Below are positions 40,365 to 50,917 of a stretch of 64,000 bases of DNA, in pieces. Position 1 is the stretch's first letter. Every line of letters begins with the position of its first letter. The notes under the pieces are model-generated. The model ran no database searches. It saw only the letters and a program-made list of their open reading frames with translations, and had not been told where the DNA came from. Both the position numbers and the translations under genes were made by a program. This DNA comes from Thermoplasmata archaeon (GTDB taxonomy: Archaea; Thermoplasmatota; Thermoplasmata; Lutacidiplasmatales; UBA184): the NCBI GenBank assembly GCA_027365105.1, contig DAHXNZ010000008.1, forward strand, positions 129-64,128. The letters run 5' to 3'.

Positions 40365-40895
40365 ATGGCTTCCAATCCCGTGGAGGTGGTCCTGGGCGTC
40401 CTCGTAGTCTTTTTCCTTCCCGGTTTCGGGGTGGTGGTTGCCACATTCCCCGAGTGGCGCTACCGCGGCCGGAATGCGTTGGAGCGGGGCCTCACCACCC
40501 TGACCCTGTCGGTCGTGCTGAGTGTGGCCCTGACCGTACTGGTAGGCTACGGTCTGTTGGCGCTCTCTCCGTCCGGCTTCGCCGCCTCCTGGACCAACCC
40601 CACCCTCGAAGTCGGCCTGGGGATCATCGCTCTCCTCGGATTGGGGGTGGGATGGCTTCGAGGAGCCTTCGCCAGGACGCCGCCACCCGTGCCGCGGCCG
40701 GAATCGGCCGACGTCGATCCTTACGAACTCGCCCGCGAACTCGACCATCTCCGCCGAGAGTGCCGGGAAATCCGGCGACGAAGGCGTTCCGCGCCCGGTC
40801 CCACCGAGCTGCCGGACATCCGCCAGCAACTCGCAGCCTTGGAGGCTCAGATCCAGCGCATCGAGGTCGAATTGGAGAGAGAATATGTCCAGTAG
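40365..40895 (+). CDS. membrane protein (DUF1616-like N-terminus) with C-terminal coiled coil
   Basis: FFLPGF..FP and LER..LSVVLS motifs; three TM segments. Confidence 0.65.
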   Translation: MASNPVEVVLGVLVVFFLPGFGVVVATFPEWRYRGRNALERGLTTLTLSVVLSVALTVLVGYGLLALSPSGFAASWTNPTLEVGLGIIALLGLGVGWLRGAFARTPPPVPRPESADVDPYELARELDHLRRECREIRRRRRSAPGPTELPDIRQQLAALEAQIQRIEVELEREYVQ

Positions 40896-41265
40896 CCGAC
40901 ATCGGGCCCCGGAGGAATACAAGATGGTGCTGGTCGTCCGTGGGGAGCTTAGGCTGACCCCGGGGAAGGCGGCCGTCCAGGTGGCTCATGCCGCCGTGGC
41001 CCTCGCCCGGGTGGGTGAATCACGCGCTCCGTCAGCGTTCCGATCGTGGTGGGACGCCGGCCAGCGCAAGATCGCACTGGTGGCCCCGACCTTGCAGGAT
41101 CTGGAGGAGCTGGAGCGTCGAGCCCGCCAACGGGGGCTCCCCACGGTCCTGATCGAGGATGCCGGGTTCACCGAGGTCGCCCCCGGGACCAAAACCTGCC
41201 TCGGAATCGGACCGGCACGGTCCTCCGAAATCGACCCTCTGACCGGTGACCTCGCCCTCCTGTGA
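40885..41265 (+). CDS. pth2: peptidyl-tRNA hydrolase Pth2
   Basis: KMVLVVR, GKAAVQVAHA, DAGFTEV and GIGP motifs. Confidence 0.95.
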   Translation: MSSSRHRAPEEYKMVLVVRGELRLTPGKAAVQVAHAAVALARVGESRAPSAFRSWWDAGQRKIALVAPTLQDLEELERRARQRGLPTVLIEDAGFTEVAPGTKTCLGIGPARSSEIDPLTGDLALL

Positions 41266-41585
41266 CGGCCGTCGGGCCGGCCAATGCCGCAGGTTTCGGA
41301 GGCCCGAGTTCAACCGTCCCCTGTCCAACCTGAGGCGGACCCAAGGAGTTCGGTAGACGGGGGGGCCCGAGCGATTCCGCATCCGGGGAATCAGGTCGGC
41401 TTCAGGGGTTCTCTCCAGATCCCCCCGGGTGATGGGCTTGCCCTCGGTTACCTCAGGGGAAACGAGAGGGGGGTTGCCGATTCGGCTCCGCCGTCACGGG
41501 ATTGTGCCGCCGTGAGGGAGGAGTGGGTCCACAAGCGTAGGAATCCCGGTTCGCCCCCGACCGATCTTCGGGGGGGCGGTTTGTC

Positions 41586-41597
41586 AACCCATAAATA
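41586..41597 (+). promoter_or_regulatory. TATA-like box (AACCCATAAATA) for the dpp operon
   Basis: AT-rich element about 75 nt upstream of dppB; a GGGAGG SD-like motif precedes the ATG. Confidence 0.45.
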
Positions 41598-41669
41598 GCA
41601 CTGCCGGTGTCGGACGGTAATGCCAAGGTCATCTGGCTACCCAGAGCCAGTGGACGGGAGGCGGGTCCG

Positions 41670-42878
41670 ATGAGGCTTTGGATCTACATCGTGCGTCGGG
41701 CCGCCTTGCTGATCCCGGTGATCGTCGGGGTCATGACCATCACGTTCGTTCTGGTGAGCGCCCTACCCCTCCAGCAACGGCTGGTCTCCTACTACGGACC
41801 GAACCCCAAGGTACCCTACAATCCGGAGGTTTCCTGCCAGAAGTTGGGCATCGACAAACCGGGAAACTGCCGGAACCCGTTCTACTACAACGGGTTGCAT
41901 GCCTTGGGCTTGGATCGACCGATATTTGTCCAATGGGGGATTTACATTTTCAATTCTTTAACGTTCAATTGGGGATTCGTCGGTAATGGCACCGGGGCCG
42001 CCGGCCAGATCCCCTTGGCCGCGGGGCACCCCGTGATCCAAGTCTTGGGCTGGTTCCTCCCCTACACCTTGGAACTCGCGGCACTTTCTCTCATCATCAT
42101 CTTGGCCGTGGCCCTACCGTTGGGAAACCTTTCGGCGGTCAACCGGAACCGACCGATCGACCAAGCGGCCCGGGTGATGTCCTTCTCGGGGTATGCTTTG
42201 CCGCAGTTCCTCCTCGGTACTCTCCTGTTGATGGGGGTCGTGTTGCTCATTGTGGGAACGCTGGGCCATTCGATCTACTGTCCGGGCAGCCCGGGAAATT
42301 CCCCCTACTTCGACTTCTCCGGCTCTTGGCCCCCGTCCAACTGCTTCCCTTCCGGCCAATTCCCGAGTTGGCTTCAGAAGGGTCAGATCAGCAGCCCGAC
42401 AGGATTCCCGACGATCGACGCGATGATTCACGGCCAGTGGATCCTCGCGGGCGACACGCTCCTTCGGATCATCATCCCCGCACTCGTGGTGGCGTTCGGG
42501 ACGATCGCCGTGCTGCTCCGATTTGTCCGCAACAGCATGCTGGAAGTCCTCAACCTCGACTTTGTGCGCACCGCGCGCGCGAAGGGAGTCGCGGAAGCCA
42601 CGGTGGTCCGCAAGCACGCGGGCCGAAACTCCCTCAACGTCACGATCACGATTCTGGGATTGACCTTCGCGGCCTTCATCGGGGGATTTCCGGTGATTGA
42701 GTCGGTGTTCAACCTGAACGGAGTGGGGCGCCTCCTGGCGTATTCGGTCACGCTAACCCCCTACGACTTCGGCCTCATCTTCGGGAGCACGATCCTCTTC
42801 ACGTTCCTGGTGGTCGCCGCGAACATCATAGTGGATGTCCTGTATGCGTATTTGGACCCGCGGGTTCGGTTGGGATAG
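41670..42878 (+). CDS. dppB: oligopeptide/dipeptide ABC permease (DppB/OppB)
   Basis: YIVRR, TLELA, FVRTARAKG and DVLYAYLDPR motifs. Confidence 0.9.
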   Translation: MRLWIYIVRRAALLIPVIVGVMTITFVLVSALPLQQRLVSYYGPNPKVPYNPEVSCQKLGIDKPGNCRNPFYYNGLHALGLDRPIFVQWGIYIFNSLTFNWGFVGNGTGAAGQIPLAAGHPVIQVLGWFLPYTLELAALSLIIILAVALPLGNLSAVNRNRPIDQAARVMSFSGYALPQFLLGTLLLMGVVLLIVGTLGHSIYCPGSPGNSPYFDFSGSWPPSNCFPSGQFPSWLQKGQISSPTGFPTIDAMIHGQWILAGDTLLRIIIPALVVAFGTIAVLLRFVRNSMLEVLNLDFVRTARAKGVAEATVVRKHAGRNSLNVTITILGLTFAAFIGGFPVIESVFNLNGVGRLLAYSVTLTPYDFGLIFGSTILFTFLVVAANIIVDVLYAYLDPRVRLG

Positions 42879-42893
42879 AGGGAGAAGAATCAG

Positions 42894-44024
42894 ATGTCCG
42901 CACTTCCATCCCCGTCAGCCGCCCCAACGCCACGGGTTCGCCGACCCAGTCCCAGGATCGCCCAATTCCGCAGGACTTGGTACTTCTTCCGCCGGAACAC
43001 CCTCGCGATGATTGGTCTGGGCATCCTGATCTTCTTCGTGGCCGTCTACGGATTTGCGTTCTTCTATCCGGCCTCGGCCACCCAGTTGCAGACCTACCAG
43101 GCCTCCAACGGGTTGCCGCCGAGCAGTTCCTCGATCTTCCCCGAAATCTGCACCTATACGGTTGGATCCCCGGCCCCGTTGCCGACCGGCTGCTACCCGA
43201 CGCCGCCGGGATTCCCTTCCGTGATAGGTCCGACACCGGCGCTTTCACCCTTGGGGCTGGGCCCCTTGCCGATGGGATCGCTCACGATCAGCGCCGGAGG
43301 CATCCAATTCTACGACATCTTTAATGGACTCATCAAGGGAACCGATTGGTCCCTCACCATCGCCTTCGGGGTCGTCGCCTCAGGGGCCCTGATTGGCGTC
43401 GCCGTCGGCATGGTTTCGGGCTACTTCGGCGGCGTGGTCGACGAGTCCATCATGCGGCTGACCGACATCTTCCTGTCGATCCCGGGCCTGCTCCTGGTCA
43501 TCATTGTCCTGGCCGTGTTTGCCCCGGAGATCACGTCGATCGACACCCGCGTTGCCTTGATCATCGGGGCGTTCGTGGTCATCTGGTGGCCCACGTATGC
43601 CCGCGTCGTACGCGGGCAGGTGCTGGTGATCCGGGAGCAACGGTACGTCGAAGCCGCCCGGGCGGCCGGGGCTCATAGTGGCCGGATCATCCGCAAGCAC
43701 ATCATGCCCAACAGCATCTATCCGGTCTTCGTCCAGATGTCCCTCGACGTCGGCTCGGTCCCGCTTCTGATTGCGGCCATCGTGTTCATCGGCTTCCAGA
43801 TTTTCCCCAATCAGAATTTCCCCGAGTGGGGAACGATTGCGGCGTATTCGGTTTCGTTCAATGTGGTGCAGTCATTCATCACGGCGTGCCAAACGGCATC
43901 CACATGCACCATCCCCTGGTGGCAGTTCTTCTTCCCAGGGCTCGCCCTGTTTCTGTTTGCGATCAGCGTGAACTTCTTCGCCGACGGACTGCGCGATGCG
44001 CTGGACCCGAGGTTGCGGAGGTAG
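42894..44024 (+). CDS. dppC: oligopeptide/dipeptide ABC permease (DppC/OppC)
   Basis: GYFGG..D, YVEAARAAGA, PEWG and DGLRDALDPR motifs. Confidence 0.9.
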   Translation: MSALPSPSAAPTPRVRRPSPRIAQFRRTWYFFRRNTLAMIGLGILIFFVAVYGFAFFYPASATQLQTYQASNGLPPSSSSIFPEICTYTVGSPAPLPTGCYPTPPGFPSVIGPTPALSPLGLGPLPMGSLTISAGGIQFYDIFNGLIKGTDWSLTIAFGVVASGALIGVAVGMVSGYFGGVVDESIMRLTDIFLSIPGLLLVIIVLAVFAPEITSIDTRVALIIGAFVVIWWPTYARVVRGQVLVIREQRYVEAARAAGAHSGRIIRKHIMPNSIYPVFVQMSLDVGSVPLLIAAIVFIGFQIFPNQNFPEWGTIAAYSVSFNVVQSFITACQTASTCTIPWWQFFFPGLALFLFAISVNFFADGLRDALDPRLRR

Positions 44025-44030
44025 CCCCGC

Positions 44031-45650
44031 GTGTCGGCTGTCACTCCCCGGGTCGCCTCTTCACCATCGGTTCCCGAGGCCACTGCTTTACCGACGACGA
44101 CGCCGTACGAGGGCTCAGAGCCTGCGAAGCCCGGCGACGTCATCCTGGACGTTCGGGACCTGTGCACGTACTTCTACACCTACGACGGGGTGGTCCGCGC
44201 CTTGGACGGAGTCTCCTTCAAAGTCCGGCGTGGCGAAACCGTCGGGATGGCGGGCGAAACCGGCTGCGGCAAGAGCGTCACGATGTTCTCCGCCTTGCGC
44301 CTGATCCCTGACCCCCCCGGCCGAACCGTCAGCGGGAAGGTGCTCTTCCAGGGAGCCAACCTGCTCTGGGGCATCGAGACGGAAGCAAAGATGAAACCGA
44401 TCGGCACGACCGGTCGGGTCAAAGTCAGCCGAAAGTTCCATCGGATCAAGGCGGCCAATGAGCGGATGATGGCCGTTCGGGGTCATGGAATCTCCATGAT
44501 CTTCCAGGAACCTACATCGGCCATGAACCCGCTCTTCCCGATCTACGACCAGATTGGGGAGACCTTGCTCCTGCACCGGGGCACGCGGATTCTGGAAACC
44601 CTCTTGGCCGCGACCCCGCAGGCGGCCGCCGTTCGGCCGGCCGTCGAGCGCCTGGCCGAAGCCGTCGAACGGAGGGCGGAGGTTGGAGAGATCCGGGCAC
44701 TGGCGAAGGCTGTCGGGAAGGCCATCGGGGTTCCCTCGGCCGAAACCCAGTTCTTCTACCGGGCCCGGGACGCCCGTCAGAACCCGGCCGGGGTGGGTCG
44801 CCAGTTGACTCGGATCCTTCACCGTTTTGCGCTCACCCGAGGCCAGCGGGCCTACCTGCACCACCAGCTCAACCTGATCCGGAGTCAGGACCGACTCAAA
44901 CAGATCTACATGACCGAGATGCGGTCCGGGAAGCTCGACCGCACCGCCAAGATCAACCTCCGCAACCGGATGCGGCTCCGGCGCTGGAGCCACTTCTATT
45001 TCGGGCTGTGGGGCATCCGGGGACGGGTCTCCAAGCCCCTCAAGGACGAACTGTTCTGGCAGACGGTCCGACTGCTGGAGGGGGTCCAGATCGCGAACCC
45101 TGTCCAGGTGGCCCGGGGCTACCCCTTCGAACTATCCGGCGGCATGCTCCAGCGGGTCATGATCGCCATGGCTCTCTCTTCCGAGCCGGTCCTCCTCATG
45201 GCCGATGAACCCACCACCGCTCTCGATGTCACCATCCAGGCCCAGATCCTGGATCTGATGCGGGACCTCAAGCACCGGGTCGGAATGGGAATCCTCCTCG
45301 TCACCCACGACCTCGCCGTGATCGCCGAGGTCGCCGATCGAGTCTGTATCATGTATGCCGGTCAGATCGTCGAGAATGCCGCCGTCCGGGATCTGTTCAG
45401 CCACCCGCTTCACCCCTACACCCAGGGACTCCTCGCCTCCATCCCCCGCATGGACCAGCCCGACAAGCGGCTGGACTCCATTCCCGGATCGGTCCCCAAC
45501 CTGATCTCGCCGCCGTCCGGTTGCCGGTTCCACCCCCGCTGTGCCTACGCGATGGAGATTTGCAAGAAGTCTCGGCCTCCGATGACTGACGAGGGGAACG
45601 GCCACCAGGTCGCCTGCTTCCTCTACCACGGCGCTCCGGTGACCGAATAG
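44031..45650 (+). CDS. dppD: oligopeptide ABC ATPase (DppD/OppD) with large insertion
   Basis: [24 protein letters not shown] and HPYT motifs; C-terminal C..C..C..C. Confidence 0.9.
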   Translation: MSAVTPRVASSPSVPEATALPTTTPYEGSEPAKPGDVILDVRDLCTYFYTYDGVVRALDGVSFKVRRGETVGMAGETGCGKSVTMFSALRLIPDPPGRTVSGKVLFQGANLLWGIETEAKMKPIGTTGRVKVSRKFHRIKAANERMMAVRGHGISMIFQEPTSAMNPLFPIYDQIGETLLLHRGTRILETLLAATPQAAAVRPAVERLAEAVERRAEVGEIRALAKAVGKAIGVPSAETQFFYRARDARQNPAGVGRQLTRILHRFALTRGQRAYLHHQLNLIRSQDRLKQIYMTEMRSGKLDRTAKINLRNRMRLRRWSHFYFGLWGIRGRVSKPLKDELFWQTVRLLEGVQIANPVQVARGYPFELSGGMLQRVMIAMALSSEPVLLMADEPTTALDVTIQAQILDLMRDLKHRVGMGILLVTHDLAVIAEVADRVCIMYAGQIVENAAVRDLFSHPLHPYTQGLLASIPRMDQPDKRLDSIPGSVPNLISPPSGCRFHPRCAYAMEICKKSRPPMTDEGNGHQVACFLYHGAPVTE

Positions 45651-45659
45651 AAGGAACCC

Positions 45660-46826
45660 ATGGAAGACCCGACCTCCGAAACGGTGCTCGCGGCCCGCCA
45701 CATCCGAAAGTACTTTCCGATTCGGGGAGGTTTGCTCTCGAAGAGGGTCGGCGAAGTCCAGGCGGTAGACGGGATCAGCTTCGACATCCACCAGGGAGAG
45801 ACCGTCGGGCTCGTCGGGGAGTCCGGCTGCGGCAAGACGACCGCCGGCCGACTCCTCCTCCGCCTGATCGAGCCGACTTCGGGCCACGCCTTCTACCGCC
45901 CGCCGCCCGAAGTGATGGACCGCATCAACCAGCTCTACGACTCGATGGACGGCGACCCGGATTCGGGACGGCGGAATCCGCTGGCCCTCCAGGAGCTCGA
46001 TAAGCTGGCCGACCAGTATTCGCTGTACCGACGCAACGCGCGACGGATGCAAGAGCTGAGGGGCAAGCTCCAGATCGTCTTCCAGGATCCTTTCGGATCG
46101 TTGAGCCCGAGGATGCTGGTCAAGGACATCATTGCGGAACCCCTTGAGGTCCACCACATCGGGACCCCGAGGGAGCGGCTCCAGCGGGTCTCGGAACTGA
46201 TGCAGGAGGTGGGACTCAACCCGGAGCACCTCTGGCGGTTCCCGCACGAATTCTCGGGGGGGCAACGGCAACGGATCGGCATCGCCCGGGCCCTGGCGCT
46301 TCGCCCGGAGTTCATCGTGCTTGACGAGCCCACGAGCGCCCTCGATGTTTCGGTCCAGGCCCAGATCCTCAACATTCTCCAACGTCTGCAGGCCGACTAT
46401 GGAATCTCCTTCTTGTTCATCTCCCACCACCTTTCGGTGATCCGGGCCGTCAGCCGGCGAGTGGTCGTGATGTACCTGGGCCGGGTCGTCGAGCACGCCG
46501 ACACCGACTCGCTCTTTGCCCGACCGCTCCACCCCTACACGCAGGCCCTGCTCTCGGCCATCCCCATTCCCGATCCTACCCTCAAGCGGGAGCGGATCAT
46601 CCTCTCCGGCGACGTCCCGAGCCCCGCCGCCCCGCCGTCCGGCTGCCGGTTCCATACCCGCTGCCCGGCGGTCATGCCGATCTGCTCGCAGGTCGATCCG
46701 CCGCTGCTGCCCAATGGCCCCAACCATTGGGTCGCCTGCCATCTTTATCCGGGTTCCACGACGCGATCAACCCCGGTCTCGGCCCTCCCCGATGCCCCGA
46801 CGGCAGCGCCGGCGGCCGTCGGGTAA
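45660..46826 (+). CDS. dppF: oligopeptide ABC ATPase (DppF/OppF)
   Basis: [24 protein letters not shown] and GCRFHTRC motifs. Confidence 0.92.
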   Translation: MEDPTSETVLAARHIRKYFPIRGGLLSKRVGEVQAVDGISFDIHQGETVGLVGESGCGKTTAGRLLLRLIEPTSGHAFYRPPPEVMDRINQLYDSMDGDPDSGRRNPLALQELDKLADQYSLYRRNARRMQELRGKLQIVFQDPFGSLSPRMLVKDIIAEPLEVHHIGTPRERLQRVSELMQEVGLNPEHLWRFPHEFSGGQRQRIGIARALALRPEFIVLDEPTSALDVSVQAQILNILQRLQADYGISFLFISHHLSVIRAVSRRVVVMYLGRVVEHADTDSLFARPLHPYTQALLSAIPIPDPTLKRERIILSGDVPSPAAPPSGCRFHTRCPAVMPICSQVDPPLLPNGPNHWVACHLYPGSTTRSTPVSALPDAPTAAPAAVG

Positions 46827-46855
46827 CGACGACGGGGCGTGGGGAGGCCGCCCCG

Positions 46856-47281
46856 ATGTTCGGGAAGGAGGACGACCCGGCTTCGGAGGCGTACGACTCC
46901 GATGCCTTGGACGTCGTCCGACGTGAGCGCAAGGCGGCCCTCGAAGATCCCGGCCCCAGTTGGCGCGAATGGTTCCTCTTCAGCGGTGCGAAGTGGTGGA
47001 TCGGGCTCGGATTCCTGATCGTCGATGCCTGGGTCATCACCAGCTGGTTCGATCCCTTCAACCCGGTCGGGATCGGGCTCTCCCTTGCAGGCTGCCTCTA
47101 CCTTGAGTACCTTGCCTATGGCTATCTATGGTACCGCCCGGCCGAACTGAGGCCGTCGGGAAGCCCGCCATTCCGGCCGACCTGGTACCGCCTTCGGGAG
47201 TTTGGTCGCTGGACACCGGAGCAGGCGGAAGCGCTTGCCGGGAACCTCCGCCGACCCACGGTGCACCGGGACGACTTCTAG
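46856..47281 (+). CDS. hypothetical 2-TM membrane protein
   Basis: 141 aa; GGGGAGG SD-like motif upstream; two hydrophobic helices. Confidence 0.65.
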   Translation: MFGKEDDPASEAYDSDALDVVRRERKAALEDPGPSWREWFLFSGAKWWIGLGFLIVDAWVITSWFDPFNPVGIGLSLAGCLYLEYLAYGYLWYRPAELRPSGSPPFRPTWYRLREFGRWTPEQAEALAGNLRRPTVHRDDF

Positions 47282-47667
47282 GACGGCTCGGCCCGCGTTT
47301 GAATGTGGGCGCCTGCCCATCTCGGCCGATACGGCCGGGCCCTCGTCCCTCGCGGCTGCGCCTTGGGTTGACCTCCGAGCGGCTGGGCCCCCGGTCTCGA
47401 AGCGACCCTTCCGAGCTCGTGGACTGATGACGCCGTGCCCCCCTCCCGGGCTCCAAGGCGGTGGAGCCGGCTGAGCCGGGTCTAGCTATCCAAAGCACGA
47501 GCCGTTCCAGCCCGACCGGACTGAACTGCCTGGAACACGACCTCATTACGTGGAGACCACCGACACACATGGATGCCCAACGAGCAAGCGAGACCCCGGT
47601 GGCAACGCCGGCCATGCTGCCCTCCAGGGAGAGGAAAGCAGCCATCGGACCGGCGTCTGAATCGTCC

Positions 47668-47717
47668 AAAAGAAAAGAGGGATGGAAAGGGTTAGGACCT
47701 CCCCCGAGGGGGAGGTC
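47668..47717 (-). terminator. hairpin + CTAACCCTTTCC + pyrimidine tract after the SBP gene
   Basis: 9-bp stem (47696-47704/47709-47717) followed on the minus strand by a U-rich tract. Confidence 0.7.
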
Positions 47718-47739
47718 GGGCCCGGATCTTGCTTCCGAC

Positions 47740-50700
47740 CTACAGCATTCCGTTCCCGCTCCACATGAACCAGAGCTGGCCGGGAGCCACGGGGTTCGTG
47801 TCAATGCCCGCAGGGTTGACCCACGAGGCATACGACCCCACGCCGATCGGCTGCGTGTAGTACATGTACAGCGCCAGGTTGTTCGCGATGTGTTCCACCA
47901 GGTTGTAGTAGAGTGTCCGCTCCGCCCCGGTCGGCATGCTGGCCGCGAGCTGGTTGGCCCAGTTCATGACCGAGTACGCCGTTCCCTGGCAGTTGTTCGG
48001 GACCAGGCCAGAGTTCGCCCAGTAGACGAGGCTGGCGAAGGTCAGGGCGTTGTCGGTCGGGCAGTTGTACGAACCGCCGAACTGCTGGCCCACGAAGGTC
48101 TGGTAGAGAGCGGCCGAGTAGGTGTAGCTGCCGTTGGGGTAGTAGTAGGGGGCCATGTAATCGGTGGGGTCGGGGTAGTCGGGCAGCCACCCATCGATCG
48201 CGGAGGTGAACGCGCTGGTTCCCGGGGGCGCCGTCGAGGCCACGACGATCTGGCTGAACGTCGGCTGCCAGAGGCTCGGGCTGATCGCTCCACCCGTCAG
48301 CTTGACGATCTCCGCGTTCCAGGCCTGGATGGCGAGCGCCAAGGTCTGGGCTCCCTGCTCACCGACCATCGGGAAGGTACAGGGGCTCGCGGCGGTGCAG
48401 CTCGCCAGCTCCGGATCGTAGTACGGGTTCCCGGGGGCGTTGGTCGTGATCATCTTCCACCAGTACGCCGCGCTTCCATTCACGCTCGCGTCGAAGCTGG
48501 GATCGTGCCAGGTGTTGGTGGTCAGGTTCAGGCCGGGCCAGCTGATGTTCGTCGGGTAGTAGTTCCCCATGAACTGGGGAATCGCTCCTCCAAAGTTCAG
48601 GTCCAGGTTGATCCCGTCCACCGTGTTGAGCGAGTTCAAACTGTAGGCGTAGGGGAACGCCTGGCTGAAGAACTCACGCAGCCCGACATACGAGAAGAAG
48701 TTCCCGGGTACGTTCACCGGCAGCCCCGACTGCTGGGCGGTCTGGGTGGGATCGAACTGGTAGTAGTAGCCCATCTCGAAGGTCTCCAGTGTCGGCACCG
48801 TCAGGAGGCCCACCTTGCCCTGCTGGACGAGGTTGAGAATGGTCGGGATGTCGGTCGGGTAGAACCCGGCGACATCGGCCTGGCCGGCGATGTACTGCTC
48901 GATCCCTCCGGTGGAGGACGGCTCCCAGGCCACGTTGACATGGGCGGCGTACTTGCCTGGGGCCGGGTAGCAGTTCGGCTGGCCGGCGCAGTTGGGCTGG
49001 GCGTAGGCCGGGTTGGCCTGCAGGATGTAGCCCTCGCCCTGGTCCACGCTCTGGAGGTAGTAGGGGCCGCTGCCCACCGGGTTCCAGCGGACCGACGGCT
49101 GAGGCGCATACGGGCTGGTGGCGCCCAGCTCGATCACATTGTCATACGCCGTCGGGCTGACCGATTTGAGGTAGTTCTGGAAGGCCGATGAGTTCGTGCT
49201 CGTCGCGCCGCCGGGGAGCAGGCAGGGGCCGTCACCGTGCGCGGCGGAGGTGCCGCTGAAGCCCGGAACGCTGGCTCCCTGAGCGGTGTACCAGCCGCAC
49301 GAGACGATGGCTCCGCCGTTGGCATCGCCCACCAGCTGGAGGAAGAACGGCCAGTCCGAGCCGCTTCCGTCCGCCTTGAAGGTGATGCATCCGTGCGCCT
49401 GGGTCATCGCGGTCTGCGGGCAGAACTGGGTGTCGTTGACCAGCATCGATCCGAGGATGTTCTGGGGGGTGTTGTTCCACGGAGCGTGGAGTCCGCCGTC
49501 CCAGTTGGGGTTGCCATACGGAAGCAGCGACTGGCCGATGATCCATCCGTTGTAGACGTACTCGCTCGGAGTCTGCAGCCACAGCAGCGTCCGGGTGATC
49601 GAGAACATCACATCCGAGGGGTAGACTCCCCAGGACGCATGGGTCGCCGGGTCGTAGAAGGAGGCATTGCCGCTGATGACAAAGGTCCAGTAGAGCGGCT
49701 GGTGGTTGACGATGGTCAGGAGGCTGCTGCCGTACTCGTTGACGCACTGCTGGGTCCCGGGAACGCAGTTCGCCAGGACCGGGACGAAGCCCGCCGTGCT
49801 GGTTCCGTTGTAGTTCACCAACGTCTCGAAGACATTGTTCATGACCTCGGCCCCGACCGTCTCGTAATCGACGGCGGGATCCAGGCTGGTGGCTCCACCC
49901 GGGGCAATCTCATAGGCGTCGATTGTTCCAGGGTGAGGGCTCACCGACTGCTTGCCTTGACAGTAGGCGCAGCCCAGGCTCGTACCCGCGGCGCCCACGT
50001 AGACGGTCCAGGTGTAGTTCTGGTAGATCGTCGTGCCACTCGGGGTGGTGATCGGGCCCACGAAGGTGAGCCAGTAGACCCCTGCCGTCGAGAAGGAGTA
50101 GGTCGCGCGCGCCTGGGTCGAGGTGGCGTTGCTCGAAACCAAGGTGCCGCCGGTCGACGTGATGGAGGGAGCGCCGGCCACATATCCCGGCGCGGTCGGC
50201 AGGCTCGAGTAGGACGCGCCCACCGAGATGGGTCCCTGACCGGCTTGGATCCAAGGCCGGGCGACAGTCGTGCCCACCAAGCCGTTCGAGAAGGTCGTGG
50301 CCAGCACGGGGTACTGCCCGCTCGCGCTGTTCGCGAGCGAGGGGACGACCTGTACCGGGAAGAGGTAGCCCGGACCCTGGTGGGTGACGCCGCTCACGTT
50401 CGCCGTGGCGTACATCACGTAGACCCCGAGGCCCGAGTAGGTGTGGGTGAAGGTCGGGGAGGTTTGGGTCGTGGACGTTCCATCGCCCCAGTAGACCGTG
50501 TAGCTCGAAGCCACACCGCCGCCCGAGAGCGAAACCGTCGCCGGAAGAGACTGGCCCTGCTGGAGTTGGATCATGCTCTGCCCGTAGCCTGGCTGGTAGG
50601 CCACGAAGAGCACGACGTTGTTCAGATTGGTCGTGGAGTGGCACACCGGGCTCGTCGCGGGCTGGCAGGTGGAGACGGTATTGCTACCCTGGCCCGCCAA

Positions 50701-50841
50701 CGCTCCGATCCCAACGTACCCGACTCCGCCGACGACGACAATGACCACAATCATGACCACTGCCGCCATCGTTGTCGAGATACCCCTTCGGCCCAAGCCG
50801 CGCGGCTGCGCGGTCGGGCTCTGTTCATCTGCTGTCTGCAT
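47740..50841 (-). CDS. large family-5 ABC peptide-binding protein with PKD domain
   Basis: YWGDG..HTYS..G.Y PKD signature, SLDPAVDYE, VFETLV, GSGPY and GWLPDYPDP motifs; N-terminal TM. Confidence 0.88.
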   Translation of the reverse strand: MQTADEQSPTAQPRGLGRRGISTTMAAVVMIVVIVVVGGVGYVGIGALAGQGSNTVSTCQPATSPVCHSTTNLNNVVLFVAYQPGYGQSMIQLQQGQSLPATVSLSGGGVASSYTVYWGDGTSTTQTSPTFTHTYSGLGVYVMYATANVSGVTHQGPGYLFPVQVVPSLANSASGQYPVLATTFSNGLVGTTVARPWIQAGQGPISVGASYSSLPTAPGYVAGAPSITSTGGTLVSSNATSTQARATYSFSTAGVYWLTFVGPITTPSGTTIYQNYTWTVYVGAAGTSLGCAYCQGKQSVSPHPGTIDAYEIAPGGATSLDPAVDYETVGAEVMNNVFETLVNYNGTSTAGFVPVLANCVPGTQQCVNEYGSSLLTIVNHQPLYWTFVISGNASFYDPATHASWGVYPSDVMFSITRTLLWLQTPSEYVYNGWIIGQSLLPYGNPNWDGGLHAPWNNTPQNILGSMLVNDTQFCPQTAMTQAHGCITFKADGSGSDWPFFLQLVGDANGGAIVSCGWYTAQGASVPGFSGTSAAHGDGPCLLPGGATSTNSSAFQNYLKSVSPTAYDNVIELGATSPYAPQPSVRWNPVGSGPYYLQSVDQGEGYILQANPAYAQPNCAGQPNCYPAPGKYAAHVNVAWEPSSTGGIEQYIAGQADVAGFYPTDIPTILNLVQQGKVGLLTVPTLETFEMGYYYQFDPTQTAQQSGLPVNVPGNFFSYVGLREFFSQAFPYAYSLNSLNTVDGINLDLNFGGAIPQFMGNYYPTNISWPGLNLTTNTWHDPSFDASVNGSAAYWWKMITTNAPGNPYYDPELASCTAASPCTFPMVGEQGAQTLALAIQAWNAEIVKLTGGAISPSLWQPTFSQIVVASTAPPGTSAFTSAIDGWLPDYPDPTDYMAPYYYPNGSYTYSAALYQTFVGQQFGGSYNCPTDNALTFASLVYWANSGLVPNNCQGTAYSVMNWANQLAASMPTGAERTLYYNLVEHIANNLALYMYYTQPIGVGSYASWVNPAGIDTNPVAPGQLWFMWSGNGML

Positions 50842-50880
50842 GCGTTTAGCACCCCTCTCGGGGCCTGAAAACGCCACTCA

Positions 50881-50898
50881 AAAGGTGGTATATATAGG
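50881..50898. promoter_or_regulatory. divergent TATA element (GTATATATAG) between the SBP gene and rpe
   Basis: Only AT-rich stretch in the 76-bp divergent gap. Confidence 0.55.
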
Positions 50899-50917
50899 CT
50901 TACGCGACTCCCTCTTC

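Noticed and set aside
41284..41598. 104-aa ORF between pth2 and dppB
   Set aside because: No motifs, atypical codon usage, and it ends in the putative dpp promoter
47424..47474. CTGATGA...CTGA as a hammerhead ribozyme or C/D box sRNA
   Set aside because: No GAAA after the putative stem II, no recognisable C'/D' boxes and no terminal stem; needs an Infernal/snoscan check
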